Below are positions 50,273 through 57,126 of a stretch of DNA of 57,126 nucleotides, one piece after another; the stretch's first letter is position 1; every line of letters starts with the position of its first letter. This DNA comes from Thermoproteota archaeon. Its GTDB lineage: Archaea; Korarchaeota; Korarchaeia; Korarchaeales; Korarchaeaceae. The DNA lies in the NCBI GenBank assembly GCA_027492205.1, contig JAOZFN010000002.1, forward strand, positions 45,834-102,959. Reading direction: 5' to 3'. Below the pieces are notes generated by a model. That model searched no databases and was not told the DNA's origin. It saw nothing but the letters and a program-made list of their open reading frames with translations. Made by a program: the position numbers and the translations under genes.

Positions 50273-51200
50273 CGCCGACCAGCCTCCTGAACGCCTCCTC
50301 CAAGCTGGGGACAGCGGGGTTGAGGGACCTGAGCTCCACGCCCGATCTCAGACAGGCCGAGGCCGCGTCGAGGGCCAGCCTGGTCGGGGAGTCCGCTCGG
50401 ACGTGGACCGCGCCGCCCCTCGCGTTGGCGTCGTATCCCATCTCGCGGAGCTCGCCCGCCAGCGCCTCCGGATCAGATGCTTCCAGGACCCACGCGTCCC
50501 TCGAAGCCTCGGAGAGGATTTCGTGGATGCTCCCACTCACCAGAACCCTACCCCGGTGGATCAGGGTCACGTGGCCGCAGAGCGACTGAACCTCGGGCAG
50601 GATGTGGGAGGATATGAGGAAGCTCACCCCCTCGCCGGCCATCTCCCTCACGAGGTCCATGAGCTTCAGCCTACCGAGAACGTCCAGGTTGGCGGACGGC
50701 TCGTCCAGAATGACCAGCTCCGGCTCGTGGACTATGGCCTGCCCCAGGCCGAGCCTCTTGAGCATGCCCGCAGAGAGGCTCGAGATCCTCCTGGTGGAGT
50801 GCCCCCGCAGACCCACCCTCTCAAGCGCCTCCGCCGCAGCCCCCTCAGGGTTGGGGACCCCGTACAGCCTGGCGACGATCTCCAGGTACCTCCCGACCTC
50901 CATGCTCTCCGGGTAGGACGGCCTCTCGTGGAGGATGCCCACCTTACTCCTGACCTCCAGGGACTCCTTCCAGCAGTCCGCGCCGAAGGCCCGCACCTCA
51001 CCGCTGGTCGGCCGAATTAGGCCCAGGACGAGCCTGATGAACGTGGTCTTTCCCGCGCCGTTCGGGCCGATCAGCCCCCAGACCCCGCCCCCTATGCTGA
51101 GCGAGAGGCCCGCAAGCGCCTCGACGTCCCCGTACCTCTTGACCAAATTCTCGGCGATTATGAGTTCTCGACTCACTTTGATCTCTCGACGGCGGGCCAT
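50250..51200 (-). CDS. ABC exporter ATPase
   Basis: GPNGAGKTT, LSAGM, ILDEP, SSH. Confidence 0.95.
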   Translation of the reverse strand: MARRREIKVSRELIIAENLVKRYGDVEALAGLSLSIGGGVWGLIGPNGAGKTTFIRLVLGLIRPTSGEVRAFGADCWKESLEVRSKVGILHERPSYPESMEVGRYLEIVARLYGVPNPEGAAAEALERVGLRGHSTRRISSLSAGMLKRLGLGQAIVHEPELVILDEPSANLDVLGRLKLMDLVREMAGEGVSFLISSHILPEVQSLCGHVTLIHRGRVLVSGSIHEILSEASRDAWVLEASDPEALAGELREMGYDANARGGAVHVRADSPTRLALDAASACLRSGVELRSLNPAVPSLEEAFRRLVGDEADPPR

Positions 51201-51245
51201 CGATAAATTTATCTTTTCTTGGGGAGAAGTTTCGGTGAAAAAAGA

Positions 51246-51656
51246 GTGAAGGGAGGAGTGCCCGTCCTGGCCGTGCTCCTGTTGGCCCTGGCGGTCACCT
51301 CGGCGGTGGCGCCCGCTTGGGTGGTGGATGACTACGACTACGGCAGGGATGAGGGGGCTGGGGGCGGCGCCGAGGCATACGTCCACGGCTGGAGCAACAC
51401 CTACGACTACTATCAGCGCCCGTCGTTCGGGGGCAGATGCTGGTACAACTTCGGCGCCAGGCTCTTGGACAGCGGGCGCTCCCACAGGTACGGGCCCAGC
51501 GGGCAGCCGGCGTGGGCCAGGTCCCACCGCTGGGTGAAGGCCCAGCTGCTGTGGCTCCCGCCGTGGTTTCCGGTGGTCACCTACGATGCCTACGCCCGCA
51601 TAAGCCTGCCCCAAGCGACCGAAGTGACGTTCGTCCGCTGGGGGACCAGATCTTGA
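51246..51656 (+). CDS. Small secreted protein (paralog of 23061-23489)
   Basis: Signal peptide; RDEG...PW...YDAYARISL. Confidence 0.75.
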   Translation: MKGGVPVLAVLLLALAVTSAVAPAWVVDDYDYGRDEGAGGGAEAYVHGWSNTYDYYQRPSFGGRCWYNFGARLLDSGRSHRYGPSGQPAWARSHRWVKAQLLWLPPWFPVVTYDAYARISLPQATEVTFVRWGTRS

Positions 51657-52627
51657 ATTCTGCGGGGCGACGACCTGAACCCGGCTCGTGCCGCCGGAGA
51701 CACGCGGAAGCCGCCCTGGTGGCCCTGATCACGATCTTTCAGGTTGTCGCCCTCACCCCACCCCCCTCTTTTGTTTGTGCCACCCCAGCCTGGATGTCCC
51801 CCGGAGCGTTCGCGGAGTACTCCGGCAGGGGGTACCTCAACCTCTCGAGCGGGGCTGGCACCTGCACAGTCTTTCCACAGTCACTCACCCTGAGGTGGGA
51901 GATCGCCGACCTGAAGAAGGATGCAGCGCTGCTGGCGCTGAGGCTCGAACTCACCCCCCCTCTGAGGCTCAAGGGAGACTGCTACGGGCTGGGGCTGGTT
52001 GAATCCGAAACCCTGGCTAGGGAGGCGGAGCTTGAGGTCGACCTGCCCAGCCGTAGGGCGACCTGGCGTGGCACCGACCTCGGGTTGATCCCTCTCTGGA
52101 TAGAGGGGCTCGTACCAGGAGCCAGGGTTGAGGTCTCGGGTCCGGAGGGTCACGTTCTCACTGGGGTCGTCGGAGATCCGGCCGTGTACGTCAGGGTGGG
52201 CGAGAGGCTCCTTCGCGCGTTCGAAGTGCGAGTGGCCGGGCCGGGCGTGTCAGAGGTGGCGTACGAGTACGACGCCGAGACCGGCATACTCCTGAGGCTG
52301 TTTGAGGGAGAGGTCGACCTGAGGGATTGGCCGTTCCTCGAGTCCCTGGGGATCAGTGGGATCGAGCTGTTCGACTTGGAGTTGACCGAGACCAACGTCG
52401 AGCTCAGCGAGGTTGGCGGCCTCCTGGGTCTAATTCTCGCTGGCCGGTGGATCGCCCTGGCCTCGAAGACGTTGGCGGTGGCCTCCCTGGCAGGCCTGAC
52501 CCTGCTGACAGCGGCCCGCGGAGGGCTGAGGCAGGCCCTCGAGACCCGGGCCGGGAGGCTCCTACTAGCCCTCCTCGTCGCTGCGGCGATCTTCGCGGCC
52601 CTGACGACGCCTCTGGGGGCTGGGTGA
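51653..52627 (+). CDS. Surface protein with C-terminal TMs (paralog of 22041-23051)
   Basis: TTGA overlap; LGLIPLWIE, YDAETGILL. Confidence 0.78.
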   Translation: MNSAGRRPEPGSCRRRHAEAALVALITIFQVVALTPPPSFVCATPAWMSPGAFAEYSGRGYLNLSSGAGTCTVFPQSLTLRWEIADLKKDAALLALRLELTPPLRLKGDCYGLGLVESETLAREAELEVDLPSRRATWRGTDLGLIPLWIEGLVPGARVEVSGPEGHVLTGVVGDPAVYVRVGERLLRAFEVRVAGPGVSEVAYEYDAETGILLRLFEGEVDLRDWPFLESLGISGIELFDLELTETNVELSEVGGLLGLILAGRWIALASKTLAVASLAGLTLLTAARGGLRQALETRAGRLLLALLVAAAIFAALTTPLGAG

Positions 52628-52729
52628 CTGATCTGAGCCCCTGCCCCACCCCGCCGGAAGGGTCCCCCAATGCTCGATGACAGGCCTGTCATCAAGCACG
52701 GGCGTCGGAGGAGAGTGCGGGCCATGGCC

Positions 52730-53021
52730 ACCTCTCGTGGGCGCGAAGCCGAGCAGGCGGCACAGGAACTCGCTGGTCCTCCACAGGCTCGCGGGGCTGG
52801 TCGAGGGGGAGCTGAGGGAACTGCTAGTAGAGGTGATCAACCTCCTGAAGAGGCTGGAGCCCCATGTGACGATGTCGAGGTACCCGATTCGCAGGGGGCT
52901 CGACCTCCTTCCACCCGAGAGGTTCTACGGGGAGGAGGACGCCAGGGAGGCTCTAGATCTGGCAGGTAGGGTCGTGGAGCTCTGCGAGAGGGGGATGTCG
53001 CTCGCGTCCTCCGGAACGTGA
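52730..53021 (+). pseudogene. HEPN C-terminal remnant
   Basis: LEPHVTMSRYP...PERFYGEEDAREALDLA. Confidence 0.65.
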
Positions 53022-53059
53022 GCCCCCGGACCGCTGCGGCTGGCCTCCACAGGAGGGGA

Positions 53060-53360
53060 CGGGAGAGTGCGGGCCATAGTCCGCCTTCTGTACTCGCGGG
53101 GGGATTGGGCTGAGCGCCCTGCCCCGCTCGCCCGACCAGCTCACGGCGGGGCGGCTTGCACCCCGCGGCGGCCCGCGTTTCACCGGTCCCCCGCGGGTCC
53201 TCTGCCTCCCCGGCGTCACGGCCATCCCCGCGGGGACGTGTCGTTTCTGTGGGCCCCTCAGCCCCTCTCGGGGCTCCCCCTCGCGGGGGCGCGGGGGTCG
53301 GGCATGGGCGGACCTTCCTCAGCCCTCCCGGGCCGAGCCCCCCGGCCCGCTCTCTCCCCG
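53060..53360 (-). ncRNA. rnpB: RNase P RNA
   Basis: GAGGAAGGTCCGCC / ACAGAAGGCGGACTA P4 strands, ACAGAAAC, GGTGAAAC, GTGCAAG; P1 pairs the ends; TTTATTTT box ~25 nt upstream. Confidence 0.93.
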
Positions 53361-53451
53361 CTGAACCTGCACACTGGTGGAAAATAAACTGTCGGCAAGA
53401 AGTGGGGCCGTTGGGGCGCCCCGCACAGTCGCCGTTTCGCAGGCCGGCGCG

Positions 53452-56520
<3,069 letters not shown>

Positions 56521-56690
56521 AACGCGCCGGTCCTTTGCGCGGCGACTGTGCGGGGCGCTCACCGGCCACTCCCGCGGCCTAGCGCCTCGACCCCGAAGGT
56601 GTCGCCTCCGGGGCGTCATCTCACGCCTGTGAGAGAGTCCGGGTGTCCCTCTGCGCGGGCAGGGCGTGGAAGGCCTTGAAATGGGTAAAA

Positions 56691-57126
<436 letters not shown>

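Overview
High-GC, thermophile-like archaeal chromosomal DNA. A TACK-type lineage is suggested by the 16S-23S spacer without tRNA-Ala, no 5S after the 23S, and an aRF1 with a Zn-ribbon insert; finer taxonomy cannot be fixed by eye. There are three zones. (1) ~1.6-23.5 kb is an accessory island of reiterated paralogous modules: secreted beta-rich proteins with a Gln...Glu pair spaced as in G1 glutamic peptidases, each coupled to a membrane-anchored partner; a secreted LssY_C-like gene with 3' fragments, each followed by a small membrane gene; a triplicated promoter; a 321-bp inverted repeat; G-run frameshifts; and TA remnants. (2) ~24-43 kb is a core block: sucCD, rpl40e, aRF1, hisS, EF-1beta, fen, pth2, truD, pcm, bud32, rdgB, rps15, RecJ-like, pfdB, cgi121 and 6 tRNAs. 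(3) ~43-57 kb holds TA loci, a free-standing LAGLIDADG gene abutting tRNA-iMet, an ABC exporter locus, RNase P RNA, 23S rRNA and the 3' end of 16S. The best finding is that the protein-repair gene pcm is interrupted by a 23-nt insertion (38258-38280) forming a canonical bulge-helix-bulge. Its removal exactly restores the conserved [10 protein letters not shown] motif, making it a candidate archaeal mRNA intron, and it resembles the tRNA-Arg(CCT) intron in the same window.
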